This document shows, piece after piece, positions 39,088 through 49,433 of a stretch of 64,000 bases of DNA. Position numbers and translations under genes: made by a program. The DNA comes from Sedimentisphaerales bacterium (lineage in GTDB: Bacteria; Planctomycetota; Phycisphaerae; Sedimentisphaerales; Anaerobacaceae), in assembly GCA_050013675.1 (NCBI GenBank), contig JBEKEU010000006.1:84477-148476 (forward strand). Reading direction: 5' to 3'. The notes below the pieces were generated by a model. That model was not told the origin of the DNA. It was given only the letters and a program-made list of their open reading frames with translations, and did not search any database. Positions within the stretch are counted from its first letter, which is position 1; the number at the start of each line of letters is the position of its first letter.

Positions 39088-40500
39088 ATGGCAACAACAT
39101 TTTTAACCGAAGATTTTCTGCTGCAGGGCAAAATCGCTCGCCGGCTTTATCACGAATACGCCGAGCAAATGCCCATTTATGATTACCACTGTCATTTGCC
39201 CGCGGGACTGATTGCCGAAAACCACCTGTTCGAAAACATTACCAGGGTGTGGCTGGCAGGCGACCATTACAAGTGGCGGGCGATGAGAGCCAACGGCGTT
39301 GACGAACGATACATCACCGGCAACGCGGGCGATTACGAGAAATTTGAAAAATGGGCACAGACGGTTCCCTGCACCCTGCGAAACCCGCTTTATCACTGGA
39401 CCCATCTGGAGCTGAAACGATATTTCGGCATAAATGAACTGCTCAACGGAAACAACGCGAAAGACATTTACGACGCGTGCAGTGAAATGCTGGGGTCAGC
39501 GGATTTCAGTGTCCTCAAACTGCTCGGCAAAATGAACGTCGAGCTGGTATGCACAACCGAGGGGCCGCTGGATACCCTTGTGCATCACAGGAAAATCCGC
39601 GAAAATTCGCCCGTGTTAAAAGTTTACGCGGCTTTTAGGCCCGACAAAGCCCTGGCAACCGAGGATTTGCCGGCCCTGAATGTATTTATAGATAAACTCG
39701 GCCAACTGTGCGGCGGCGAGATACGCACTTTCGATTCATACATCGAAGCGATACGCCTCAGGCACAAGTATTTTCACGATGAGGGTTGTCGGCTGTCGGA
39801 TTACGGGCTTGAGACGGCATACGCGGAGCGGTACGGCGCCGATGAGATTGCGAAAATCTTTGAGAAAATCAGGACAAACAGGCCGCTTGAGGCCGGCGAA
39901 TCGCTGAAGTTCAAATCGGCAATGATGTTTGAGCTGGCGAGTATGGACGCCGAGGCCGACTGGGTCATGCAATTGCACCTTGGGGCATTGAGAAACAACA
40001 ACAGCGGGATGCTGAATATGCTCGGGCCCGACACCGGCTACGATTCAATCGGGGATTTTGATATAGCCCGGCCTTTGGCGATGTTTCTCGACAGATTGAA
40101 CACTGCGGACAAGCTGCCGAAAACGATTTTGTATAACCTCAACCCCAAAGACAACGCGGTTATGGCGACTATGGCCGGCAACTTTCAGGACGGCTCCTGC
40201 CCAGGCAAAATACAATACGGCTCGGCGTGGTGGTTCTTAGACCAGAAGACCGGCATCGAAGAGCAACTCGGAATGCTTTCGAATATGGGGCTTTTGAGCC
40301 GGTTCGTCGGTATGACAACTGATTCGCGGAGTTTCCTGTCGTTTCCGCGCCACGAGTATTTCCGCAGAATACTTTGCAACATCATCGGCGGCGACGTGGA
40401 GCAGGGGTTATTGCCCAACGATATGCAATTGCTGGGCAAAATGGTCGAGGACATCTGCTTCAACAACGCAGAAAGATACTTTGCGATGCCGGTCGATTAA
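39088..40500 (+). CDS. uxaC: glucuronate isomerase
   Basis: 470 aa. DYHCHL, DHYKWRAMR, NPLYHWTHLELKR motifs. Confidence 0.93.
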   Translation: MATTFLTEDFLLQGKIARRLYHEYAEQMPIYDYHCHLPAGLIAENHLFENITRVWLAGDHYKWRAMRANGVDERYITGNAGDYEKFEKWAQTVPCTLRNPLYHWTHLELKRYFGINELLNGNNAKDIYDACSEMLGSADFSVLKLLGKMNVELVCTTEGPLDTLVHHRKIRENSPVLKVYAAFRPDKALATEDLPALNVFIDKLGQLCGGEIRTFDSYIEAIRLRHKYFHDEGCRLSDYGLETAYAERYGADEIAKIFEKIRTNRPLEAGESLKFKSAMMFELASMDAEADWVMQLHLGALRNNNSGMLNMLGPDTGYDSIGDFDIARPLAMFLDRLNTADKLPKTILYNLNPKDNAVMATMAGNFQDGSCPGKIQYGSAWWFLDQKTGIEEQLGMLSNMGLLSRFVGMTTDSRSFLSFPRHEYFRRILCNIIGGDVEQGLLPNDMQLLGKMVEDICFNNAERYFAMPVD

Positions 40501-41027
40501 TCCTTGGCAGCTTTAGTGCGGTGTATAGTCGAGACGGGCTTGAGATATTCAAACAGCTCGAATGACTCGCCGGATGGACCTCTAAAAAACGCTATCCTTA
40601 CGCCCCCCATCAGATTCGGGTCATCTATAATCGGAGTGAAGAAGCTGACCCCCTTGGCCTTTAGTTTCGCGAAAACGGTATTGATATCTTTGACCTCAAG
40701 GGCAATATGGTCAATAACTCCGCCTGTTCTTGGTTTGGCCTTGTTGACATCTTCCGGCTCAAGCAGCTCAATTATGCACGAACCTCGACGAACCATCGCA
40801 AAGCTATATCCGGAATCCAGATGCGCCCTGTGAACCACATCAAAACCGAGTGTATCAGTATAGAAAACGAGGGATTTGGACATATCTCTCGTATAGACGC
40901 AAATATGCGCAAGGCCGTTGATGTCTGGGGTATTGGCGTCCGCGAATGATGATTGATTAGCAATAGCCATAGTTATAACCACCATAAAAATAACAATAAA
41001 ATCGTTCACGTTTCGTCTTGTGCGCAT
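40497..41027 (-). CDS. secreted VOC/glyoxalase-family protein
   Basis: Start trimmed to ATG at 41027 (MRTRRNVNDFIVIFMVVITMAIA signal). VOC-like HICVYTRD / IDHIALEV motifs. Shares a TTAA stop overlap with uxaC. Confidence 0.7.
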   Translation of the reverse strand: MRTRRNVNDFIVIFMVVITMAIANQSSFADANTPDINGLAHICVYTRDMSKSLVFYTDTLGFDVVHRAHLDSGYSFAMVRRGSCIIELLEPEDVNKAKPRTGGVIDHIALEVKDINTVFAKLKAKGVSFFTPIIDDPNLMGGVRIAFFRGPSGESFELFEYLKPVSTIHRTKAAKD

Positions 41028-41114
41028 CCGGGCAAACCCTTTCAAAAAAATATGCGGCTCAATGACTCGAAAACATAACTTATGCAATTAAACCATAACT
41101 TATGATTTTCTGCG

Positions 41115-41146
41115 TATAAAAAAGGTCCCGCTTTTTGGGCGGGACC
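41115..41146 (-). terminator. rho-independent terminator after csp (minus strand)
   Basis: GGTCCCGC / GCGGGACC 8-bp hairpin followed on the minus strand by TTTTTT. Confidence 0.65.
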
Positions 41147-41172
41147 ACAGGTTTTTCGCACGGCAAACCGTT

Positions 41173-41376
41173 TTAGGAAGGTTTGACGTCTGTCGCTTCC
41201 GGGCCTTTCTTGCCCTGAGCGAGAGTATATTCCACCGCCTGACCTTCTTTTAGCGTCCTGAAACCCTCGGCAGCAATCTTGGAGTGATGAACAAACACAT
41301 CCTCGCTGCCGTCATCGGGAACGATAAAACCAAAACCTTTTTTCTCATTGAACCATTTTACTTTACCTGTAGCCAC
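41173..41376 (-). CDS. cspA: cold-shock protein (CspA family)
   Basis: 67 aa. GTG start 6 nt after [18 protein letters not shown] / DVFVHHS. Confidence 0.9.
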   Translation of the reverse strand: MATGKVKWFNEKKGFGFIVPDDGSEDVFVHHSKIAAEGFRTLKEGQAVEYTLAQGKKGPEATDVKPS

Positions 41377-41685
41377 GTTTTTCTCCTTTTAACCCACACT
41401 ACCGATTCCTCGCTGTTTACCGAAAGCGCTCTTTCGAGGATAGTTAAAAAAGCGCCCTTTACACGGTGACAAAATATCTCAAGACGTCTTGCGATTCAAC
41501 AACTTTTTAAGGATTTTTTTGGCCTTCCAGACGGCGAACAAGGGCCATTTTATCCCCGATTCACAGGCCAAATAGCCGCTGACAACTATTGTTTTCATAT
41601 CATTTTTGGCCGGCAAAACGAGGTTTTTGCTTTACTTGAACGCAGCCGGCAGGTATATACAGTATCTCTAATGTGGTAAAAGGGC

Positions 41686-41714
41686 TTGACATAGCAATAA
41701 GTTTAAACTAAATT
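41686..41714 (+). promoter_or_regulatory. candidate promoter for rpsB-tsf
   Basis: TTGACA (41686-41691), 17-nt spacer, TAAATT (41709-41714), about 65 nt upstream of rpsB. Confidence 0.3.
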
Positions 41715-41780
41715 TTCGTGTTTGGTCTTGAGTTTTGGTACCAATATATGGTTGTTTAATTAAGGTTTTTGGAGGTTTTT

Positions 41781-42608
41781 GTGGCTAAAGAGTTGGCAAA
41801 AGAGTTAATTAGCGCAGGCGTCCATTTCGGACACAGCGCAAACCGATGGAACCCCAAAATGGGGCCTTTTATTTTTGGCAAACGCGGGCAGATACACATT
41901 ATCGACGTGCGCAAAACACTTGCGGGCCTGGTAATTGCGAAGAAACTGCTTATCGACGTAGTGGCGTCAGGCAAGGACGTCGTCTTCGTAGGAACCAAGC
42001 GGCAGGCACAAAAGGCGGTTGAGGCATCGGCGGCAAAATGCGGAATGCACTGCGTCTCGGACCGATGGCTTGGCGGGACTCTCACGAATTTCAGGACGAT
42101 ACGGTCGCGTGTTCAGCGGCTGGAAGAACTGGAAGGGATGCAGGAAGCGGGAACGCTCGAGTCACAGAGCAAAAAGCAGGCGTCTCGGCTGAAACGCGAA
42201 CTGCGGAAAATAAAAGGCAATATGGAGGGGATACGCAAAATGAGCCGGCTGCCCGGCGTCGTTATCGTAGTCGATGGCAAAAAAGAATATCTCGCCCTGC
42301 GGGAAGCCAGGAAACTCGGCATAACAACGGTGGGGATAATCGATACCGATTGCGACCCCGACACCGTGGACGTGGTGATTCCAGCCAATGATGATTCGAT
42401 AAGAGCGATAAGCTTGTTACTGGACGAGCTTGCCGACGCGGTAGCCCAAGGCAAAACAATGGATACGATTCGCAAGGACGTCGCGTCCAAACCCAAGCAC
42501 GTCAGGTCAAAAAGAACGGTAATGGCGCGTGCGGATAAGACGGAAGTCGAGCCGGCATCTGAGGAAACGAGCGAAACACCCCCAACAAACGGCGGACAGG
42601 CACAGTAA
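41781..42608 (+). CDS. rpsB: 30S ribosomal protein S2
   Basis: Start set at GTG 41781, 5 nt after GGAGG (the track TTG start overlaps the RBS). LISAGVHFGH motif. Confidence 0.95.
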   Translation: MAKELAKELISAGVHFGHSANRWNPKMGPFIFGKRGQIHIIDVRKTLAGLVIAKKLLIDVVASGKDVVFVGTKRQAQKAVEASAAKCGMHCVSDRWLGGTLTNFRTIRSRVQRLEELEGMQEAGTLESQSKKQASRLKRELRKIKGNMEGIRKMSRLPGVVIVVDGKKEYLALREARKLGITTVGIIDTDCDPDTVDVVIPANDDSIRAISLLLDELADAVAQGKTMDTIRKDVASKPKHVRSKRTVMARADKTEVEPASEETSETPPTNGGQAQ

Positions 42609-42655
42609 CCAAAAAACAATAATACCGAAAAGGTTTTTTAGCAGGAGCTTTTGAA

Positions 42656-43522
42656 ATGGCGGAGATTCCGGCAGCACTGGTAGTTAAACTTCGCAAGATG
42701 AGCAGCCAGGGTATGATGGACTGCAAAAAGGCGCTCGAAGAGGCCAACGGCGACATTGACGCGGCAATGGCAATACTGCGGAAAAAAGGCCTTGCGACAT
42801 TAGCCAAACGTGCGGAGCGAGAAACTACTCAGGGACTGGTGGTCAGTAAAGCAAGCCCGGACGGCAGGACTGCGGTTCTGGCGTCGCTGTGCTGCGAGAC
42901 GGATTTTGTCTCCAACAGCGATGATTTCAAGGCCGTGGCAGATAAACTGGCCGAATACGGAATGGCTTGCGCCAAAAATGACGGAATCGAGAACGTTCTG
43001 GAGACAGCCGTCGGCGGCAAAAAGTTCCGCGACGTTATCACAGAGCTGGTAAGCAAAACCGGCGAGAAAACGGAAATCGGCGACTACGCTAAATTCCGGC
43101 TCGATGGCGACGGACTTATATGTGTTTACGTGCACTTCAACAAGAAAGTCGGAACGATGCTGGAAATAGCCGCAAGCGACCCGAAGGTGGCCTCCTCGGA
43201 AGAGTTAAAGCGTTCCGGCGCCGATATTGCGATGCACATTACCGCCACAAAACCGCTTGCACTGGACAAATCAGGCATTGACCCCAAGGTGATTGAGCAG
43301 GAAAAGAGCATTTACGCCGACCAGATGAAAAATAAGCCGGCCAACATTGTAGATAAAATCGTCGAAGGCAAAATGAAGAAATTTTTCGAGGACAATTGCC
43401 TGCTCGACCAGAAATTTGTAAAGGATGACACTAAAACAGTGGCGCAGGTATTGGATGACGCGGCCAGGTCGGCAGGCGGCAAGGCGACACTAAAGAAATT
43501 CGTTAGATTCGACGTCGGATAA
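42656..43522 (+). CDS. tsf: translation elongation factor Ts
   Basis: 288 aa. LRKMSSQGMMDCKKALEEANGDIDAA (UBA-like N-terminus). Confidence 0.95.
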   Translation: MAEIPAALVVKLRKMSSQGMMDCKKALEEANGDIDAAMAILRKKGLATLAKRAERETTQGLVVSKASPDGRTAVLASLCCETDFVSNSDDFKAVADKLAEYGMACAKNDGIENVLETAVGGKKFRDVITELVSKTGEKTEIGDYAKFRLDGDGLICVYVHFNKKVGTMLEIAASDPKVASSEELKRSGADIAMHITATKPLALDKSGIDPKVIEQEKSIYADQMKNKPANIVDKIVEGKMKKFFEDNCLLDQKFVKDDTKTVAQVLDDAARSAGGKATLKKFVRFDVG

Positions 43523-43575
43523 GCGGTTTGTCGGATATATCTTCGCCGACCCAAAGGATATGGGAAACAAAATAA

Positions 43576-44292
43576 ATGCCAGCGAGCAAATACAAGCGGG
43601 TGCTGCTTAAGTTATCGGGGGAGAGTTTTTGCGAGCAAGGCGGTTTCGGGATTGACGGCGAGCATCTCGAGTCGATAGCGGCCAGAATTGCCGAGATTAA
43701 CACCCTCGGTCCTCAGGTGGCCGTCGTAGTGGGAGGGGGGAACTTCATCAGGGGGGAAAAATTTTCACAAAAAACAATGATACCGCGAAATACCACGGAT
43801 TACATGGGGATGCTCACGACCATTATCAACGCCTGCGCCCTGCAGGAAACGCTCGAAAAACTTGGCACAACGACGCGCGTGATGAGCGCGATAGAAGTTG
43901 AGGCGATGTGCGAGCGGTTTATTCGCCGAAGAGCAATGAGACACTTTGAGCAGGGCAGAATCGTAATATTAGCCGGCGGGACAGGCAACCCGTTTTTCAC
44001 CACCGATACCTGCGCGGCACTGCGGGCGGCGGAGCTTGACGCCGACGTACTGATAAAGGCGACGAAGGTTGACGGCGTTTACAGCGACGACCCCCAAAAA
44101 AATCCCAATGCAAAACTTTTTGACAAACTGTCATATCAGGATGTTCTCGAAAAGAATCTTCGCGTAATGGACCATTCGGCCATCAGCTTGTGCAGGGACA
44201 ACAAAATCCCGGTAATCGTGCTGAACATCTTCAAGAAAGGCAATTTAACCAAAGCGATTCGCGGCGAATCGGTAGGGACCGTGATTTGTTAG
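43576..44292 (+). CDS. pyrH: UMP kinase
   Basis: 238 aa. YKRVLLKLSGE, VVVGGGN, AGGTGNPFFTTD. Confidence 0.95.
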   Translation: MPASKYKRVLLKLSGESFCEQGGFGIDGEHLESIAARIAEINTLGPQVAVVVGGGNFIRGEKFSQKTMIPRNTTDYMGMLTTIINACALQETLEKLGTTTRVMSAIEVEAMCERFIRRRAMRHFEQGRIVILAGGTGNPFFTTDTCAALRAAELDADVLIKATKVDGVYSDDPQKNPNAKLFDKLSYQDVLEKNLRVMDHSAISLCRDNKIPVIVLNIFKKGNLTKAIRGESVGTVIC

Positions 44293-44308
44293 AGGCAGGA
44301 GGCGAGCT

Positions 44309-44869
44309 ATGCCCGTTAAGCAGATAATAACAGACAGCGAAGCCAAGATGAAAAAGGCGACAGATGTCCTGCAGGACGAGCTTAAAGGTGTTCGCACAGG
44401 CAGGGCATCGACGGGGCTGGTTGAAAATCTGAGGGTTGAGTACTATGGCAACCCCACGCCTTTGAAAGCGCTGGCGGCTCTGTCAACACCCCAGCCGGAT
44501 ATGATTTTGGTCAAGCCCTTCGACCCGGGGTCAATCAAGGATATAGACAAGGCGATATTGGCCAGCGACCTGGGTTTGACACCGATGACGGACGGCAAGA
44601 CGATACGGCTGAGCGTTCCGCCTTTGAGCGAGGAACGGCGGATGCAGTTGACGCATCAGATAAAAGGAATGGGCGAACAGGCAAAGGTAAGCGTTCGCAA
44701 CGTCAGAAGAGACGAAATAAAGTCGCTTGAGAAAGCAGAAAAGGACAAGCTCATAACCAAAGACGACTTTGAGAAGGGCAAAAAACAGCTCGACGATTTG
44801 ACCAAGCAGCACACCGACAAACTTGACCACGTGGTCAAACACAAGTCGGACGAAATAATGCAAAGTTAG
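44309..44869 (+). CDS. frr: ribosome recycling factor
   Basis: 186 aa. LKGVRTGRAS, IRLSVPPLSEERR. Confidence 0.95.
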   Translation: MPVKQIITDSEAKMKKATDVLQDELKGVRTGRASTGLVENLRVEYYGNPTPLKALAALSTPQPDMILVKPFDPGSIKDIDKAILASDLGLTPMTDGKTIRLSVPPLSEERRMQLTHQIKGMGEQAKVSVRNVRRDEIKSLEKAEKDKLITKDDFEKGKKQLDDLTKQHTDKLDHVVKHKSDEIMQS

Positions 44870-45043
44870 CCCTAGTCCGGACGGCAAATTAAGGATGATA
44901 CCTGCCGTCCCTGTATTTCTGATAGTGAGGCCGATGGACAATGGATAGAGTCGATTGGGCCTGTTATCCTTCCCTTACATTGCACTGATTCTCTCTGAAT
45001 GATATGGATTTGATGGATTTGAAACATTTTTGGGGATTGCCTT

Positions 45044-48000
45044 ATGGAACCTTCGGAAAACAACAAAACTGTAACTGGTAAAAAAACCGGCAAAAAGATA
45101 CTGAAAATAGTGGCCGGCACAGTGCTGATTTTACTTCTGCTTTTGATTGTGCTGGTGGCGTTCGTCGTGCCGGCGTATGTCTCCAGTGAAAGCGCACGCA
45201 AGCTGATACTGTCGAAGGCCAACGCCTCCGGCGCAGGAGCCATCGATTTCGCTAAGCTGTCGATGAGCTGGTTTAAGGGTATCAGCGTCAGCAATATCAG
45301 CTTCAAAAACGCCGACCAGGGCGTTTCCGTAGCCGTAAAAGGCGTCTCGACCATGCCCGATTACGGCGCGATGCTGACGGGCAACCTGTCTTTCGGCGAA
45401 ACGGTTATCGATGGGCCGAAAGTGGAAATAGACGTCGATAAAATGAAGCAAAGCGCCTCTGCTACCGCCGCTAAACCGGCAGCCAAAGGCAATGCGAAAT
45501 CCTCAGCCGGCGTGCCAATCAAAAAAATAGACCTTGTCATCAGGGATGGGGACATAAAAATAAAAGACAGCCGCGGTTCCGTTGAGATTTCAAAGATAAA
45601 CAGCGCAGTGAATTTACGGCCGCCGGGCGAGAAGACAACGCTGGAGATGGGCGCCAGCATCGCCGGGCAGGGCACGACTTCGACGGTAAACGCAAAAGGC
45701 GATGTGAACCCGGGCAGTAACTGGGACTTCAAAAAGACAAGCGGAAATATGACAGTCGAAGTCAACAACCTGAATCTGAGCCAGTTGGAATCGATATTGG
45801 CGATTGCGGGCATCGATATGGGTGCCAAGGGGATAGTTTCGGCGCATTTGAAGGGCGAGCTGAAACAGGGAGTGATAGAAAGCGTCGGCATTGACGTAAC
45901 AGGCAGCGGACTTGAGATAACGGTCCCACAGTTGAAAGGGGATAAAATAAAAACCGGCATGCTGAACGTCGCGGTGAAAATGAGCCAGCAGGGAAATCTT
46001 GTCAACGTCGAAAAAATGAGCGTTGCTACCGACTGGCTCAAGGCCGAGGCCAACGGCACGGCACCGATGAATATGGCGTCTGTTTCGGAATTTATGAAGC
46101 CCGACTCGAAGTATGAATTAAAGGCAAATCTCGAATGCGACCTGCCCGCGGTAGCGGCAATGCTGCCCAAAACGCTCGGCCTCAAAGAACAAACTAAACT
46201 GACGGGCGGCAAACTCCTCGGCAGCGTGCAAACCCTCACTGAGGCAGGCGCAAAAAAACTCGCCGGACAGGTGAGTATCGAGGGTCTCGCGGGAATGGTC
46301 GAAGGCAAACCGATATCGCTTTCCGAGCCGATTCAGGCGCAGGCAAAAATAACAGCCGAGGGCGACCAGATAAAATTCGAGAAAGTGGGCGTGTCGTCCG
46401 CGTTCGCAACGGTCAATTGCACGGGCACTATGGAGACGTTTAATTACGATGCGCAGATAGACCTCGCCAAACTCGCCGACGAGCTGGGCCAGTTCGCCGA
46501 CCTCGGCAAATACAAACTTGCCGGGCAGGTCGCAAGCAAAGGACAGATAACCAACAACAGCAAAACAACAATGGTCACCAGTTCGTCGAATATATCGAAT
46601 CTGCGGGTAAGTCCCTCGACTGATATAACTATTAATGAGCCGAATGCCTCGCTCGATGTTATTGCCTCGCTTGACAAACAAACCAACGTTCTTCTGGTGA
46701 AACAATTGAAGACAGACACCAGTTTGGGACAGTTCAGCGTCAAAGACGGACGCCTCCCGATAGGTAATAACGTCAAAGAACCGATTTCGCTTACCGCCTC
46801 CGTAAAAGGTTTGGACCTCGCCAAAGTCCAACCATACCTTGTAATGACAAAGGCCATTTCAAAGGACGTGGTGCTCGGCGGCGTGGTCGAGTCGGATATA
46901 ACCGTCAATTTCAAGGATGGCGGCTACAGAATAACTACCGACACAACAAAAATCGCCAACCTCTTGGTAAAGTCCCCCGGCAAAGAGGCCTTTATCCAGA
47001 ATCCCGTCGCCATCGTCCTTGACGCGGAAGTGAACCCGACAACAAAAACAATGGCCGTCAACAACGCCGAGATTACAAGCCCCGACATAAAAATAAAAGC
47101 CAGCGTCCAGCAGAAAATCGAGGGGCAAAATAGCTCCATACAGGGAACCGCAAAGCTCGATTACGACTGGAAGACGATTACGGCGATGCTCTCGCCTTTT
47201 ATGCCCGCGGGACTGACTATCGAAGGCAAACGACAGGATTCGATTAGTTTTGCAAGCAAATATCCCACGAAAGACGCCAACCAGATGCTCGCCAACCTCA
47301 ATGCCCAGGCCAAAGTCGGTTTCGACAAGGTTGGTTATATGGGGCTCAGCGTCGGCACCACCAACGTGGATATAAAAGTAGATAAGGGTTTTTTAACCAT
47401 CGCGCCGTTCACCTCCGTCGTCAACAACGGCCAGTTTAATTTCGGCGGCTCCGCCGACTTCAAACAAAAACCCGCCATATTCAGAACGCCCGGCCCGATG
47501 AGCATAATCAAGGACGTGCAGATAAACAAGGAAATGGCCAACAAACTCCTCGCCAAAGTTAACCCCGTCTTCTTCGGCGTATCAAGTATCACCGGCGCCG
47601 CCAATTTCCAGTGCGACCAGTTGGCTGTGCCGATAAACGGCGGCAAACCGGAAGACGCCAATATCGCGGGCACAATCTCGCTTACACAGGTCAAAATGCA
47701 GTCAACGGGATTGATGGGCGCGATATTGACCGCCACCGGCACATCGGATGGACAATTGATTACGATTCACCCGACGCCTTTCACCGTCAGAAACGGCTTC
47801 GTTAAATATCCTGATATGCAGATGGATATCGGCACTATGCCAATTAACTTCAGCGGCAGTGTACCCATTGACCCCAACAGAAAAATTGAAAGTTTCAGCG
47901 TTACTTTGCCGGTCAGCGCAACCGGCAAGCTGGTTAAGGGCGGCTCGCAGAGAATAACCGCCTATGTCAAGGGAACGCCCAATAATCCCAAGCTCGACCT

Positions 48001-48073
48001 GGGAAAGATGATTCAGGAGCAGGCGGTCCAGACGGGCCTGGAGCTTTTGATGCAAGGTGCCCGCAAAAAGTAA
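45044..48073 (+). CDS. large AsmA/TamB-like membrane-anchored protein
   Basis: 1009 aa. Single N-terminal TM, then long beta-rich, Gly/Lys/Thr-rich sequence without Cys. AsmA-like N-terminus by eye only. Confidence 0.45.
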   Translation: MEPSENNKTVTGKKTGKKILKIVAGTVLILLLLLIVLVAFVVPAYVSSESARKLILSKANASGAGAIDFAKLSMSWFKGISVSNISFKNADQGVSVAVKGVSTMPDYGAMLTGNLSFGETVIDGPKVEIDVDKMKQSASATAAKPAAKGNAKSSAGVPIKKIDLVIRDGDIKIKDSRGSVEISKINSAVNLRPPGEKTTLEMGASIAGQGTTSTVNAKGDVNPGSNWDFKKTSGNMTVEVNNLNLSQLESILAIAGIDMGAKGIVSAHLKGELKQGVIESVGIDVTGSGLEITVPQLKGDKIKTGMLNVAVKMSQQGNLVNVEKMSVATDWLKAEANGTAPMNMASVSEFMKPDSKYELKANLECDLPAVAAMLPKTLGLKEQTKLTGGKLLGSVQTLTEAGAKKLAGQVSIEGLAGMVEGKPISLSEPIQAQAKITAEGDQIKFEKVGVSSAFATVNCTGTMETFNYDAQIDLAKLADELGQFADLGKYKLAGQVASKGQITNNSKTTMVTSSSNISNLRVSPSTDITINEPNASLDVIASLDKQTNVLLVKQLKTDTSLGQFSVKDGRLPIGNNVKEPISLTASVKGLDLAKVQPYLVMTKAISKDVVLGGVVESDITVNFKDGGYRITTDTTKIANLLVKSPGKEAFIQNPVAIVLDAEVNPTTKTMAVNNAEITSPDIKIKASVQQKIEGQNSSIQGTAKLDYDWKTITAMLSPFMPAGLTIEGKRQDSISFASKYPTKDANQMLANLNAQAKVGFDKVGYMGLSVGTTNVDIKVDKGFLTIAPFTSVVNNGQFNFGGSADFKQKPAIFRTPGPMSIIKDVQINKEMANKLLAKVNPVFFGVSSITGAANFQCDQLAVPINGGKPEDANIAGTISLTQVKMQSTGLMGAILTATGTSDGQLITIHPTPFTVRNGFVKYPDMQMDIGTMPINFSGSVPIDPNRKIESFSVTLPVSATGKLVKGGSQRITAYVKGTPNNPKLDLGKMIQEQAVQTGLELLMQGARKK

Positions 48074-48107
48074 ACGAATAGTAACTCGGGCCGGGAGGTA
48101 CTAAAAT

Positions 48108-49433
48108 ATGTTTGATAAGGTATTGTCAACCCCGACAGCCCATGTCGGCAGAATCGGCCGATTCGCCATTTTTCAAATCAAACTTTGGATTCACTGCTTT
48201 CGATTGCTCAAAAAAAATCGTTCAGGCCAGCAGGCCGCGGCAATGTCGTATTACACAATGTTCGGCCTTGTCCCGCTGGCGGTGGTGATGCTGATGGTCT
48301 TCCAGTTCCTCCCCGCTTATAAAGACGCCGGCCAGAAAATCAAGGACGCCGTTTATTCGCAACTGCACCTTTCCACAATCGAATACCCCGACCCCGCAAA
48401 CCCCAATTCCAACATAAAACTAACCGACAATCTCGACGCCATCGTCGCCAAGGTATTCGCCGGGTTCAATCAGGGAACAATCGCTATTTTGGGCGCGGTG
48501 CTGATTATATTTGCGGCTTTGATGATGCTGCTGACTATCGAGGGAGCGTTTGACCAAATCTGGGGCGTGGGCAGAGGCAGAAGCATCGTCCACAGAATAG
48601 TCAATTACTGGGCGCTGTTAACTCTTGGCCCCCTGCTCCTTGCTACCGCCATATACGTCGCCACCAAATACGCCGCTATCAACCAGCTCCAAAAAACTGT
48701 CCTCTCGCACACGGCCCCCGTCGTGGTCTCATACCTCGCATCGGTCGCCGGGTTTTTCCTGCTCTATCTTCTTTTGCCGAATACAAAGGTGAAATTTCGG
48801 GCGGCGATATGGGGAGCGGTTATCGCTGCCCTTGTCTGGATGTTGGCCAAATGGGGCTTCAAACTCTACGTCGTAAAATTCATCCCCTATAACGAGGTTT
48901 ACGGCGTCCTCGGCCTCATACCCCTCGGCGTGTTCTGGATTTATCTTAGCTGGTTCATTGTCCTTTTCGGCCTTCAGCTCACATATACCACTCAGCACCT
49001 CAACACCCTCGACGCCGCAGAAATCGCCGCCGCCCAAAAGCAGGAAGAATATTTCATCGCTAACGACCTGACCATAATGAATATGGTAGGCGAAATCGCC
49101 TCCGCCTTTAAGGCAGGCAACGGCGCAGTGGAAGCCGAAACGATTTCAAGCAAACTCAATATGCCGCCCGAATTCGCGGAAAAGGTCCTCTCGCACCTGG
49201 TGGCAAGGGGCATTTTAGCACGGGTATCCGAACCAAAGGATGGCTTCCTGCTTGCCAAATCCCCTGACGATATGAAACTCTCTGAAATCGCCGCCGCCAT
49301 CTCGCTGGCTGGTTTTGGCCAGTCGGCGGATGTGTCCGCGGGCCTGCAAAAGGTCGCCCGGTCACAGCAGGAAATGTTCTCGCAGTTCAACGTCACGCAG
49401 CTTATTAGCGACAAAAACAACCAGACCAGCTAA
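48108..49433 (+). CDS. YihY/BrkB-family membrane protein with C-terminal cytoplasmic extension
   Basis: 441 aa. AAAMSYYTMFGLVPL start of the family core, six TM helices, ~130-aa soluble tail. Confidence 0.75.
   Translation: MFDKVLSTPTAHVGRIGRFAIFQIKLWIHCFRLLKKNRSGQQAAAMSYYTMFGLVPLAVVMLMVFQFLPAYKDAGQKIKDAVYSQLHLSTIEYPDPANPNSNIKLTDNLDAIVAKVFAGFNQGTIAILGAVLIIFAALMMLLTIEGAFDQIWGVGRGRSIVHRIVNYWALLTLGPLLLATAIYVATKYAAINQLQKTVLSHTAPVVVSYLASVAGFFLLYLLLPNTKVKFRAAIWGAVIAALVWMLAKWGFKLYVVKFIPYNEVYGVLGLIPLGVFWIYLSWFIVLFGLQLTYTTQHLNTLDAAEIAAAQKQEEYFIANDLTIMNMVGEIASAFKAGNGAVEAETISSKLNMPPEFAEKVLSHLVARGILARVSEPKDGFLLAKSPDDMKLSEIAAAISLAGFGQSADVSAGLQKVARSQQEMFSQFNVTQLISDKNNQTS

Noticed and set aside
45361-46831. 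315-aa and 237-aa minus-strand ORFs
   Set aside because: Antisense to the 1009-aa AsmA-like gene. The composition is low-complexity Ser/Pro/Phe.
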